Origin: Squalus acanthias
Lineage: Eukaryota
NCBI GenBank assembly: GCA_030390025.1
Contig: CM059431.1
Location: forward strand, 102,054,001-102,118,000
Length of the DNA: 64,000 nucleotides
Direction of reading: 5' to 3'
Under the pieces are notes generated by a model. The model was not told the DNA's origin and ran no database searches. It worked only from the letters and a program-made list of their open reading frames with translations. A program made the position numbers and the translations under genes. Positions 29,424-42,046 of this stretch are shown here, in pieces (position 1 is the first letter of the stretch; the number at the start of each line of letters is the position of its first letter).

Positions 29424-29609
29424 GGGTCATTTTAACCTAAAGGCCAGGCGGGAATCCCACGGGACCGGGTGGAATGCCGGTTTTCCACCCCTCCCAATAT
29501 TCCACTCGACTGGCTTCAGTGGTGAGTGAAACCGGGGCGAGGTGTAAGACCAGTGTTGCCCCCGGACCCGTCAGTTTCCCGACCGGCCGGTTTGGTTAAA
29601 ATTTGCCCC
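29424..29609. mobile_element. ~185-bp imperfectly palindromic MITE-like element
   Basis: Ends GGGTCATTTTAACC ... GGTTAAAATTTGCCCC. Internal arms also pair (GGCGGGAA/TTCCCGACC, GGGACCGGG/CCCGGACCC). Confidence 0.65.
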
Positions 29610-30321
29610 CAAACTGTGAACACTAGGCTTTACCGGGGTGCTGTATCTTGCAGACAAGATCTTGGCCACAATTTGCAAGATTAAGGAATGTGCCCTGCAA
29701 TTACGCTGGCTGCCTTCAGATTCTGAAATATTCGTCATCTGTCCTGTTGAGGGAACTTTCCCAGCTCGGAGCTCGGTAAGCAAAGCAGCTTGTTTGTTAC
29801 ACTGCCAAGCAATGGAAGACCTGCCATACACCTTGTCACTTGCATTCCCTGTCCTTGACGTTAGAAGAGCAAATATATCAAGGAAGGAAATGGCTGAACG
29901 AACCCTGGCCACCAAATTGTAGGAGTCATATTTATCATTTAGAATGGCTTAATCCAGAAGAAGTGCCACAGAGCATTGTTGTCCTTTCAAGTGCAGGTCA
30001 CTTGGTACTAGTGCCTCACCAGAGCCCCCAGATTCCTCAGTGTTCTGTCTGCTAAGTGCACGGTTAAATACAGACAGAAACATTCACCTAGATACTGCTC
30101 CCCAACCTCCATTTGAACCTGGAACAGTCGGTTCGACACGGTCCATGAGCTAGGACTCCCCCAGTCACTGTTTCTGGCCATACCTGAGCTGTGCAGTGGT
30201 ACTTGGGTGTGTGCAGCAGAATCACAACGCAGATCTGCCTTAAGGGCCTGGTGCGGGTGACTGCTATCTTTGTAGTCACCACTATAGGGCTCCTGCGACT
30301 CCTGTTAATTTACTACTTTGC

Positions 30322-30685
30322 ACATAGAATGTACAAGCACAGGAACAGGCCATTCGGCCCAACTGGTCCGTGCCGGTGTTTATGCTCCACACGAGCCTCC
30401 TCCCAGCCCTCTTCATCTCACCCTGCCTGCATAGCCTTTTATTCCTTTCTCCCTCGTGTGTTTATCTAGCTTCCCCTTGAATGCTGTTCTCCTCAACCAC
30501 TCCCTGTGGCAGCGAGTTCCACATTCTCCCCACTCTCTGGGTAAAGAAGTTTCTCCTGAATTCTCTATTGGATTTATTAGTGACTATCTTATATTTATGG
30601 CCCCTAGTTTTGGACTCTCCCCCCCCATCTACCCTATCCAATCCCGTCATAATTTTTACAGACCGGTCAGCCTTCACTTCTCTAG
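30322..30685 (-). mobile_element. CR1-type LINE 3' fragment
   Basis: Minus-strand ORF with RGHKYKI..REFRRNFFTQRVGRMWNSLPQGVVE. Confidence 0.85.
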
Positions 30686-31038
30686 AGATTTTTTTAATGC
30701 AGTCCTATACAGTGCTGGTGGAGTTGTCTAGAACAGTTGTAACCATCACCTTGGAATCTTACCACTGATGCCTGTTTTCAACAATCAATTAAAAAAAAGT
30801 CCTTTTATTTTCCAAACTTATTGTGAGGAGTCATTTATACTCGTTCCGTGAGAGAAGCATGTCGTCTCGTTTGAACTGTGTGCTGAGACATCTAAGGGGC
30901 AACTTGTGAGACATTGGAATGGGGAGGTGGTGTGGAAGAAAAGCGTCTCAAAGCTGCAGCATGCATTTGGTTTGTTTTGGTTGCTTAGTTTACTGATTGT
31001 TATGTGGAGTATAAATCAAGTTTGAAGATTAATGATTA

Positions 31039-31500
31039 GCACTAGATTGATTCCTGGGGTGAGAGGATTGTCCTATGAGGAGAGATTGAGTAGAATGGAC
31101 CAATACTCTCTGGAGTTTGGAAGAATGAGAGGTGATCTCATTGAAACATAGAAGATTCTGAGGGGGATTAACAGGGTAGATGCTGAGAGGCTGTTTCCCC
31201 CCTGGCTGGAGAGTCTAGAATCTCAGGATAAGGGGTCAGCCATTTAAGACTGAGATGAGGAGAAATTTCTTCTCTGTGGCTTGTGAATCTTTGGAATTCT
31301 CTACCCCAGAGGGCTGTGGATGGTGAATCGTTGAGTATATTAAAGGCTGAGATAGATAGATTTTTGGACTCTAGGTGAATCAAGGGATATGGGGATCGGG
31401 CAGGAAAGTGGAGTTGAGGTCGAAGATCAGCCATGATCTTACTGAATGGCAGAGCAGGCTCGAGGGGCTGAATGGCCTATTGCTCCTATTTGTTATATTC
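31039..31500 (+). mobile_element. CR1-type LINE 3' fragment
   Basis: RLIPG.RGLSYEERL / RMRGDLIET remnants; GATCAGCCATGATCTT..GAATGGC..AGCAGGCTCGAGGGGC tail. Confidence 0.88.
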
Positions 31501-31574
31501 TTACTCTCTCCCCCCCCCCCCCCCCCCCCCCCCCCCACCACCCAAGTAATGCATGGTTTTGTTATGTAACTATT

Positions 31575-33030
31575 GCCATCATTCCCTAGATTCTAGAACA
31601 GTCCCAGCAGATTGGAAGGTCACAAATGTAACCCCGCTATTCGAGGAAGGAGGGAGAGAGAAAACCGGGAACTACAGGCCAGTTAGCCTGACATCAGTTG
31701 TCGGGAAAATGCTGGAATCCATTATTAAGAAAGTGGTAACGGCATTTTGAAAATCATAATATGATTAGGCAGAGTCAACATGGTTTTATGAAAGGGAAAT
31801 CGTGTTTGACAAATATATTAGAGTTTTTTTAAGGATGTAACTAGCAGGGTAGATAATGGGGAACAAGTGGATGTAGTATATTTGGATTTCCAAAGGCATT
31901 CGATAAGGTGCCACATAAAAGGTTGTTACGCAAGATAAGGGCTCGTGGGGTTGGGGGCAATATACTAGCACGGATAGAGGATTGATTAACGGACAGCAAA
32001 CAGAGAGTAGGTTAACGGGTCATTTTCAGGTTGGCAGGCTGTAACAAGTGGGGTGCTGCAAGGATCGGTGCTGGGGCCTCAGCTAGTTACAATTTATATT
32101 AATGATTTAGATGAAGGGACCAAGTGTAATGTATCCAAGTTTGCTGATGATACAAAGCTAGGTGGGAAAGTAATGTGAGGAGGACACAAAGAGCCTGCAA
32201 AGGAATATAGGCAGGTTCAGTGAGTGGGCAGTAAGGTGGCAGATGGAGTATAATGTGGGGAAATGTGAAGTTATTCACTTTGGTAGGAAGAACAGAAAAA
32301 CAGAATATTTTTTAAATGGTGAGAAACTATTAAATGTTGGTGCTCAGAGAGATTCAGGTGTCCTCGTGCAGGAAACACGGATTTAGCATGCGGATACAGC
32401 AAGCAATTAGGAAGGCAAATGGCATGTTGGCCTTTATTGCAAGTGGGTTGGAGTACAAGACTAAGGAAGTCTTGCTACAGTTGTGCAGGGCTTTGGTGAG
32501 ACCACACCTGGAGTACTGTGCACAGTTTTGGTCTCCTTATCTGAGGAGGGATATACTTGCCTTAGAGGCAGGGCAACAAAGGTTCACTAGATTGATTCCA
32601 GGGATGAGAGGGCTGTCCTATTGAGGAGAGATTGAGTAGATTGGGCCTATACTCTGGAGTTTAGAAGAATGAGAGGTGAAATTATTGAAACATACAAGAT
32701 TCTGAGGGGGATTGACAGGGTAGATGCTGAGAAGTTGTTTCCTCTGGCTGGAGATCTAGAACCAGGGGGCATAGTCTCAGGATAAGGGGTCGGCCATTTA
32801 AGACTGAGATGAGGAGGACTTTCTTCACTCAGAGGGTTGTGAATCTTTGGAATTTTCTACCCCAAAGGGCTGTGGATGCTGAATCGTTGAGTATTTTCAA
32901 GGCTGAGATTGATAGATTTTTGGAATTAAGGGATATGGAGTTGAGACCGAAGATCAGCCATGATCTTATTGAATGGTGGAGCAGGCTCGAGGGGCCGAAT
33001 GGCCGACTCCTGTTCCTAATTCTGATGTTA
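31575..33030 (+). mobile_element. CR1-type LINE ORF2 fragment with decayed reverse-transcriptase domain (frameshifts and stops)
   Basis: [69 protein letters not shown], then the C-terminal region and 3' tail. Confidence 0.93.
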
Positions 33031-35072
33031 AGCTTGTAAGTTAGGAATTCCAGCGTACAATGAAAATTTAGTTTAGTCTTTAAGTTGAAGGCATTTACAT
33101 TTTTTTTGGCAGTTTCAAAAGTGCAATCTTTGTATTTCTGTGAATAACCGATAATGACCCCTTTTAATCATGTTGCATGCTTGAAACTTTCTAAACGTGC
33201 ATCAGAACCCAAGGCCCTTGGTGGGGGGGGGGGGGGGCGTCAGGTGGCCTGCCGAAAGGCTTATGCTGTAAAACAAGCGACAGTGACAAAATAACCTTTC
33301 CAAGGTGTTTGGAGTATCTGAAGATCTGAAACTGCCAGCGAAACAGCTCATGCAGCATTGATTGATCTCGGGTAGTTACAAACTACTGAAATGCAGCTTT
33401 TAATCTTAAAGTTGTGCCAATATAAATACCAGTGAAGTCACCTTTGAAGTACAAAGAATTATTTCTGTAGATTCAGCACCTTAAGTTTTCACATTTTCAG
33501 CCCAATATGTCAAATGAAATACAGCGGTACTTTTATCCATGGTTTAGAAATTTAACTTTAAACTTGTTTTAATGTACTAAACGAATAGTCCATTTGGGGA
33601 AATCTGTAAGATTGCATTCCAGCAAGGGTTGGGTATATTTTGTTTCAGGCTGCGATTCACTTCGGTGAGTCTTGCTGGAGGAGGGGGGGGTGGACAGCCG
33701 ACTCGTTCCTGCTTCCCCTCGAGATTACCTCGAAGCAATTTCACTGCGTTACCCATGCCCGTGCTAAGCATCCTTTAGCTGATTTTTTTTAAATTGACCG
33801 TATCGTCTCATAGACTTGTAGCTGATACTTCTGTTGACAGGACAAACTACCTGATGTTAGAGCATATGTACGCTACTTAGAAACGTTTCCAAATCAGTGG
33901 ATTTTGTATCTGGATTAATAAAGAAATGCACTTTTGTGAACAGTAACGGTTGGCTACTTTGTAAAAATCCTACTTACAGAACAGTACGTAACATAGATCC
34001 ATTTTTGTAAAGCTTGTTGAACAGAAAATCTGTCAGTAACCTGAACTGTTAGCATTCCATTCTTAGTTATTTTTTTTTGAAGGTGAATATTTCCCTATTT
34101 GTTTGCACTATATAATTGGTCATTTGAAAGGAGGCAGGTGACAATTAGACACTGTCTGCTAAATTATAAGCTTCAAGCTCTCACTGTTTCCATAACAATA
34201 GTGCCATGACTCATTCTATCTCTTCCCCCCCCCCCCCCTTTGTTGTGGTTTTGAGCTGCACTGTCCACATCTGTATATCCCTTATTTTAGTTTGTGTGTA
34301 TCTGGCTGCACTTTTGAAAGGATTTCCTTTTAGTATTTTAAACATGGTACGTATGTTGCGGTTTTGTACCTATTCTCTCCAGCTAACTACAATTTCTTTA
34401 CAATCAAAGGAAACTGTAATTATTGTATTTTGTGCATAAAATGGCAATAAAGTAGTAGGATCATCAGGAAATGTTCTTAAACACAGGTATAATGTACGGA
34501 GTGATTCAATTAAAAAGACAATATTTTTATAATTGTGTGTAAAGAGCTAGTATTGCAGTAAATCTGGTCCTTTAAGATGTTTAATAATGACAGGATACTT
34601 ATTAGAGATGCTAATTAAAAGTGTAAATTTCATTTTATGTAACATTGCTGACAGTTTATAGTCTTGTATATAATCCTTGCTTCTGTCATTAAACAATGTA
34701 TTGAAATTCCTTGTAAGCTTTTAAGTGATTTTAAATAAAATGTGAAATCTGATGCAAAATACAACTTTAGTTCTGTAAAAACAAGTTTGTTTTTTTAGCA
34801 GCGAGAAGACTCACAGCATGCAGATCCTCATTATTTACCATATTTTCTCTTGCACTTCTCAATGTGGGCCTTAGCTTATCCACAAGCCTTGCACCTTGGT
34901 TTCCGAATTAAAAAAAAATCAAAGGAGACTGCAAGTTTGTGCATCATAAGATAAGCACCTCCATGATAATTTTTTTCCCTTTTCCCAAATCCATGTTCAT
35001 TTACTAAACATTCAAGTAGTCCAAAGATTGGCATTGGGTTTGAAGCTGCTTGATCACTGATCTCTCCCTCTT

Positions 35073-35452
35073 AACAACTTGCATTTATCTCGCACCTTTA
35101 ACAAAGTAAAACATCCCAAGGCGCTTCACGGGAGCATTATCGAACAAAATTTGACACCGAGCCACATAAGGAGATATTAGGGCAGGTGCCCAAAAGCTTG
35201 GTCCAAGAGGTAGGTTTTAAGAAGCGACTTAAAGGAGGAGGCGGAGAGGTTTAGGGAGGGAATTCCAGAGCTTCGGGCCCAGGCAGCTGAAGGCACGGCC
35301 GCCAATGGTGGAGCGATGGAAATCAGGGATGCGCAAGAGGCCAGATTTGGAGAAGCGCAGAGATCTCGGAGGGTTGTAGGTCTGGAGGAAGTTAGATATA
35401 AGGGAGGGGGCGAGGTCATGGAGGGATTTGAACACAAGGATGAGAATTTTAA
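35073..35452 (-). mobile_element. L2-type LINE 3' fragment
   Basis: Minus ORFs FKSLHDLAP..IGGRAFSCLGPKLWNSLPKPLR; AACAACTTGCATTTAT tail. Confidence 0.85.
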
Positions 35453-35924
35453 TATAATACAGTCAGATGTGGGGTTGACAGAGCTATCATTTCCTCCTCA
35501 CAAAGGGTGATAGAACTGGTTAATTAATAACTCCACATGACAAGTCCAGTGTTCCGCTCTATTCATAACTCTTGACAATGAAGTAACCTATGACAGCCAG
35601 GCTTGGGCTGACAAGTTGCAGGTAACATTCATACCACACAAGTGCCAGATGGCAACCATGAGAAAGCCCAGCCATCTCCCTTTCACCTTCAATGGCACCA
35701 CCTCCCAATAGCATCTTGGGGAGGTGTAGTCACTTTCGGATGCCTCAAAGCCTATCAACTATCTACAAGGCTCACATCAGGAGTGTGATGGAATACTCAT
35801 CTAGGCCTTAAGCTCTGGAATAACCTCTCCAGCTCCTTTACGATCCTCTTTAAAACCTCTCTTTGACCAAGCTTTTGGTTGGCTACTGCAAACCTACTGA
35901 ACCATCTGAGTATCTTCTTTTTTA

Positions 35925-36176
35925 ATCACTCCACCATTGGCAGCCGTAACTTCAGCTGCCTGAGCTCTAGCTCTGGAATTCCCTCCCTAAACCCCTCTAC
36001 CTCTCTCCTCCTTTAAGACGCTCCTTAAAACCTACCTCTTTGACCAAGCTTTTGGTCATCTGCCCTAATATCTCCTTATGTGGCTTGGTATCAAATTTCA
36101 TTTGATAATGCTCTTGTGAAGCGCCTTGGGCAGTTTTACTATTTTAAAGACGCTATACAAATGCAAGTTGTTGTTG
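35925..36176 (+). mobile_element. L2-type LINE 3' end (preceded by degenerate LINE pieces from ~35590)
   Basis: CTCTGGAATTCCCTCCCTAAACC..TTTAAGACGCTCCTTAAAACCTACCTCTTTGACCAAGC..CAAGTTGTTGTTG. Confidence 0.8.
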
Positions 36177-39100
36177 AACTAAAGGAATGTGGTCTCTGCT
36201 TCTTTGTACTGGTACAGCACAGTAGTTCTTTCTAACTATGAATTTTAATTATAATTTGAGCATTTTTCTTAATCTTTTAACAGAGGCTTCTAATCATATC
36301 TTTTAACCATTTTTAAAAAATTGTTGCCAAAAGTCTCTCTTTATGGCATTGGACACTCGACATTCATTCGGCCCATCTGTACTGGCTCCTGCAAGTGCTT
36401 GAATACAGCGATGTTTGAAACATTCATAGGAACTGATTTGGCGCCTATTAATCTTGTGTTTCTATAAATAATGGATATTTATCATTTAATCTTACCGAAA
36501 GGTTGAATTCCATAGACTTCAGTGGAGTTTTGATTATGGAAAGTAGGTCATCATGGGAAACTAGCGCTAAATTAGCTTTTTTTTAAAAAAATATAACATC
36601 CATTACAGCAGAGATATCAGATACTACAACAATGGGTGCCAAGGTAGTGTTTATTGAAATGGTTTAGGTCATTTTGAAAAAAAAAAGGCAAGTTCAACAT
36701 TATAATCAGTTATAAAATAGGAACTATTTCCTTGCAAAAGTTTTGAGACATTAACAGGGTGGCATTGCACTATGTTGATACAATTATCTGAAATTCCTTT
36801 ATTTGCTAGTTTAACAATGTTTTTTGTATGCTAATATCACCCAGTGCAACTCTACCCCATATGCAGTCTCTGCTTTACTAGAAGTACCTCTTCCATGCTT
36901 AAAAAAAAAAATCTTTTTGGCTCCAACATTTCACTCTTTATTCAGAACTGGCTTTCACTAGGTTGGATATTTTAATTTTCTTTCACACAACAAGGCAGCT
37001 TTTGACAAATGGAGTTAAGACAATTCAGATCAGGGCCCGTTATATTCCAGCCTGGATCAAACACGGACAGTGGGCGGGTCAGTCCCTGCTCCTGGAATTT
37101 GGGGCAAAATCTTGGTTCTGCCAGGATTCTTCCATTTTTCACCATGCAGCTATTTTCCATCTGGCGGGCGGGGGGAATCTGCCACTCCTCCTCCACATCA
37201 AGGAGACATTTCGGGGCAGGGAGCGAATACCTGAGTTACCTCAGGAATTTTACCCTTTACACCTCGGAGAACTCATGCCAGCTGATGGCTGGTATGAATC
37301 CTTATGAAAGGCCCCAACTTTAGCCAGACTAAGGTAATGAACCCAGAAAGGATTGCTCATCTCCTGCTGGAGGCAAAATGGTTCCTTTTGGAGCCGAAGT
37401 TTACTTTTATAATTGGCTTGGAAAGGTCTATGGACCACCTCGAGTGGAGTGTCTAAGGATCAGGCCTGTTGAAGCGCCCTTGGAGGCCCCAACCAGACCA
37501 TGAAAGTGACCTTGGGACAAGATCTACAGCCTACGACAAGAGGGAACATGGGTTCCACCAGCAGAACTGGATGCACGGAACTTCAGGCTCTGCGTTATTA
37601 CCTTGTTCACTGGTAGGAGAGCGTTCCCAGTGTATTGAAATCGTATAAAACTGGGTAGAATGCCTCGGTGTAACAGATGTAACATACTATACGTTGGGAT
37701 TGGGGGGGTGGTTGGAATACAACATAATGGGATTATACACATTGGGATATTTAACAATCTGGATTCAAGGGGTGTCAAGTCACATCAGGTCATTACCGGT
37801 TTCTAATCTCCTCCATGTTTAAAATTAATATTGTATAGTATGTACATTGAATAATCATCTTGGCAATAATGGGATAAATAAAAAATAATCCAACTTGTGA
37901 CATCAGGAACGAAGTAACCCAACAGTGCCCAATAGATCAGATCCATACCATCCATCTCACCACTCCAGGCTTGCTATAGTCCATTTCACATTTCAACTCC
38001 GAGGCTGAAACTCAGCTACCAGCACATCAAATACAAATCGTGTCTATTCTGATGCCAAGAATTTAAGAGAAAAGATCCATTTCAAAAGCTGCACAGTCGG
38101 CATGTTGTAGGGTGGGGCTCAAGCACAGAGTGTAACCAATGCAAGGTTCCTCCCGGCTGTGACCATCATTGAGATTTCACTGTGTGCGGGTAACACGGTG
38201 CGCTCGAAAATAACCTGTTACAACCCACTGCTGTTCTAGATTAAACCGGGCTACAAATTGCTTTTTCAACCTGCAATTTAAACAAAAAAAACCCTGAAAA
38301 ATTCAGCACTGAAAGAGTTAATAAGGAACCAAGCAACTGAGTGATTTTTTTTTAAAAACCAGAATGTTCTTGGAAACGAGCTGGTATTTAAACGGAACCA
38401 AATGTTTCTTGTTTTGCAATCGAGTATTGCAATCCTCAAACAATTTAATTTAATCTCTTACTGTGACTTACTTCCCTTCTGGCAAGACCAATTCAAATGT
38501 TTTCTGCTATTAACAGTACAGAAGAAACTTCAGATTCGAAAGCAATTGACGTTGCTTAATAAGTATGGAAGGCAGAGGAATATCGGGATATGGAAATAGA
38601 TTGGATAAACCTTTTCAATTCTCAATAGAAGCCAGCTTGCAAGAAGTGAGCCTTTGCAAACAGCCACCCCAGCCTCTTTTGGCAAGGGACATTTCCATTT
38701 GCAATAATCAGATTGGAACTGAAATATGGCTACTTACAATATGGCAGCAATTTTCACAGTGTAAAAAAAAAAGAATATTTAAATGTTCAATTGAGTGTTC
38801 AAGTCTGTCTGCCTGGGGCAATTCAGTCGCCTTAGATCAGGATGTTGTACATAATACACCTTGGGCCTTTGTAAAGTTGGAAGATTCTTTAAATCAACGG
38901 TAGGACTAAGCTAAACTCAATCCAAACCAACAGCATGATTGTCAAGTCTGTATTAATCAGTACCTAAACGTATTGGTCTAAAGAATTGTGGATCACATAA
39001 TCAGCTCAAAACACCAGTGCTGGGTCTACAATACAATTGAATCCTTTAAAATGCGTACCAGTGTTTAATTTGCCAATGCAGTCTATGCTTGCATTAGGGT

Positions 39101-39530
39101 TTCAGGATAATGAGTGAACAAGAGAGGTACATTGAAATCCTAGGATTGGATTAGATACACATTCTTTCAAACTCTCCTGTACAAGGTCTAAACTTCAAAT
39201 GTTGATGGCGCGATTTTTAAATATATATATATAGTGTACAAACTCTGGGCCGGGACAGAATATATCTGTAGGTGAAATTTTGCCCCATCTTGGAATGAAC
39301 TGAGGTTCGTGTGGGGAGGGGAGGGGGGGAGAAAAACATGCATCGGTTTTTTGCATTTCTAAAATAGATTCAATTACTATAATGGCATTTGCTTATTTTG
39401 AAGACTGGATGGTTTCGGTACTCAGTAACCTCAAGAATGTTGAGCGGAATTCTTTAAAAAAAAACAAGCCAAAAATGCCGTGTGATAACTGAAGCTGGCT
39501 GTGATTAAAAGGCGCTTTGTCCCCTTGTGA

Positions 39531-39612
39531 TCAGTAGGCGTGAGACTCCTTGCGGCTTAAAAGGCGAGTACGACTAGCAGAGCTTGTGGCACTTCTGATC
39601 ACTTCCATCCAC
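39531..39612 (-). CDS. FARP1: FARP1 terminal coding exon: (R)WMEVIRSATSSASRTRLLSRKESHAY*
   Basis: TTTTACAG acceptor on the minus strand; TGA at 39533-39531. Matches the recalled FARP1 C-terminus WMEVIRSATSSASR...SHKESLVY. Confidence 0.94.
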
Positions 39613-39654
39613 CTGTAAAAAGAAAAGAGACGCAGGAAAGTAAAAATGTGCATA

Positions 39655-39948
39655 ACAAACAACATCTTGCATTGATGTAGCGCCTTTAACAGTAAATACG
39701 TCCCAGGGTGCTTCACAGGAGCGTTTAGCGAACAAAATTAGACACCGAGCCGCATAAGGAGATTTTAGGACAGGTGACCAAAAGCTTGGTCAAAGAGTTG
39801 GTTTTACGGAGCGTCTTAAAGGAGGAGAGAGAGGCGGAGAGGTTTAGGGAGGGAATTCCAGAGCTTAGGGCCCAGGCAGCTGAAGGCACGGCCGCCAATG
39901 GTGCGATGAAAATCAGGGATGCTCAAGAGGGAAGAATTGGAGGAACGC
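39655..39948 (-). mobile_element. L2-type LINE 3' fragment
   Basis: Similar to 35073-35452; (AAC)n tail at ~39655. Confidence 0.82.
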
Positions 39949-39949
39949 T

Positions 39950-40565
39950 GATCTTCGACCTCAACTTCCCGCCCGATCCCCATATCCCTTGATTCCCTGA
40001 GTGTCTAAAAATCTATCGATCTCAGTCCTGAATATATTCAACGACTGAGCCTCCACAGCCCTCTGGGGTCGAGAATTCCAAAGATTCACCACCCTCTGAG
40101 TGAAGAAATTTCTTCTCATCTCAGTCCTAAATGGCCGACCCCTTATTCTGAGACTGTGACCCCCCTAGTTCTAGACTCCCCAGCCAGGGGAAACAGGCTC
40201 TCAGCATCTACCCTGTCAAGCCCTCTAAGAATTTTATACATTTCAATGAGATCACCTCTCATTCTTCTAGACTCGAGAGAGTATAGGCTCAACCCCTCTG
40301 ATCCCAGGAATCAGTCCAATGAACCTTTGTTTAACCCCCTCTAAGGCACGTATATCCTTCCTTAGGTGAGGAGACCAAAACTGTGCATAATACTCCAGGT
40401 GTGGTCTCACCAAAGCCCGACATAATTGCAGCAAGACTTCCTTACTCTTGTACTCCAACCCCCTTTGTAATAAAGGCCAACATACCATTTGCCTTCCTAA
40501 TTGCTTGCTGTACCTGCGTGTCAACTTTCTGTGATTTGTAAAAAAGAACACCCAGATCCCTCTGA
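39950..40565 (-). mobile_element. CR1-type LINE 3' fragment with internal deletion
   Basis: Minus ORFs QQAIRKANGMLAFI and GLEYKSKEVLLQLCRALVRPHLEY. Confidence 0.88.
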
Positions 40566-40589
40566 ATACCTTCGATAATGAAGTATCCC

Positions 40590-41770
40590 ACGCCAGCCTG
40601 CAGCAAGACCTGGACAACATCCATGTTTGGGCTGACAAGTTGAAGGTAATTCCCATGCTAAATAAGTGCCAGGTATTAACCATCTCCTACAAGCAAAAGC
40701 ACCAAACACCACCTCCTCACCTTCACCTCACCTTCAATGGCACTACCATCACCAAGCCCCGCACCATCAACATCTCGGAGGGAGACACCACTCACTAAAA
40801 GCTTAACTGGAACAGCTAGATCAACACCGTGGCTATAGGAGCGTGGCAGAGGCAGGGTATTCTGTGATGGGTGACCCACCTTCTCACCCCTCTCCACCAT
40901 CTACAAGGTTCAAGTCAATAGTGTGATGGAACACTTACCAGGATGGCTGCAGCTGCAACAACAGTCAAGAAGATCTTGTACACGAATCACAGAAAGTTGA
41001 CACGCAGGCACAGCAAGCAATTAGGAAGGCAAATGGTATGTTGGCCTTTATTACAAAGTGGGTTGGAGTATAAGAGTAAGGAAGTCTTGCTGTAATTATG
41101 TCGGGCTTTGGTGAGACCACACCTGGAGAACAGTGTACAGTTTTGGTCCCCAGGACAAAGCATCAAGTACATCTGCCACTGGACTCAATATTCACCCTCC
41201 CCATCTCCAGTGCACCGTGGCTGCAGTATCTACCATCTACAGGATGCACAGAAGCAACGCGCCACTCTTACGTTGGCAGCACCTCCCTTCCCTGAAAGCT
41301 CTATCACCGAGAATGATAAGAGCGACAATGCGGTGGGCACACCATCTCCTCCAGGTACCCCTCCACATCACACACACACCTGTCCTAACTCGGGACATAT
41401 ACTGCCCCCTCCATTTGTAAAGGAAGCCAAGTATTTTGAAGTCAGTGTGTGTTGAACGACAGAAGCCAATAGAGATTGGCAAGGACAGGGACTTTGGTGA
41501 GTGGGACATATTCGGGGATTTGAAAGTGTGCAAAGAGAGCGTTTCAAATAAAGTCAAGCCCTGAGGTGCCAAAGTGAGGGTTCCAGATGAACAGATGTGG
41601 TTTTTTTTTGGAATGTAACGTGATAAGCTGGGTCAATATCCTGGAATTCCCTGTTGAAACCCATCATGGGTGCACCATCAGCTTAATAACCACGACAGTT
41701 CAGGAAAGCAGCCCAACAACATCTCAGTGCAACTAGGGGTGGGCAATAAAAGTGACCTTGGCAGCAGCGC
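40590..41770 (+). mobile_element. Degenerate LINE of a second CR1-group family (GGGCAATAAA..CCTTG.CAGC tail), interrupted by a CR1 piece at ~40975-41150
   Basis: SLQQDLDNI..WADK, TIYK.QV.SVME and QDKA..LNIH.LH..TVAAVSTIYRMH remnants. The tail is similar to 56611-56960. Confidence 0.7.
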
Positions 41771-42046
41771 CTATGATTTGCTCTTTACAGCAAAATTGTA
41801 AATGCGTTGTTCATAGACGCACAAAACACCTACAGCAGATACTTCCCCTTATTGTTGTGCCGGGGTCTTGGAGAAACAAGGATCTTCTCAGCTCATTTTC
41901 CCCTTGAGCATACAACAACTGACGAGGAATATAGGGATTTGCTAAATAACTCACGCCACCCACGATTTAAGAACCACTCGGCGTCCCACTATTGTATCCC
42001 AGTTCAGCTATTTATTATATGCAGACCACATCTAAGGGTATCATGC

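Larger units (their letters stand above)
27821..34760 (+). other. STK24: Putative STK24 3' UTR region (3' end uncertain); candidate AATAAA signals at 33917, 34446 and 34734
   Basis: Follows the stop codon. AT-rich, TE-free blocks at ~27820-28500 and ~33780-34800 contain TGTATATA motifs (28217, 34665). The extent is inferred only. Confidence 0.4.

Noticed and set aside
31510..31536. Long poly-C tract (and poly-G near 33223, 59553) as G-quadruplex elements
   Set aside because: Simple homopolymers of uncertain length with no evidence of function.
31575..33030. Functional reverse transcriptase gene
   Set aside because: 5'-truncated, with multiple frameshifts and stops; no endonuclease domain or ORF1.
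36960..37520. Possible degenerate GC-rich repeat with short ORFs (ATATTCCAGCC is the reverse complement of the start of the 63677 element)
   Set aside because: The similarity is too short to define boundaries or family; the ORFs resemble no protein I recognise.
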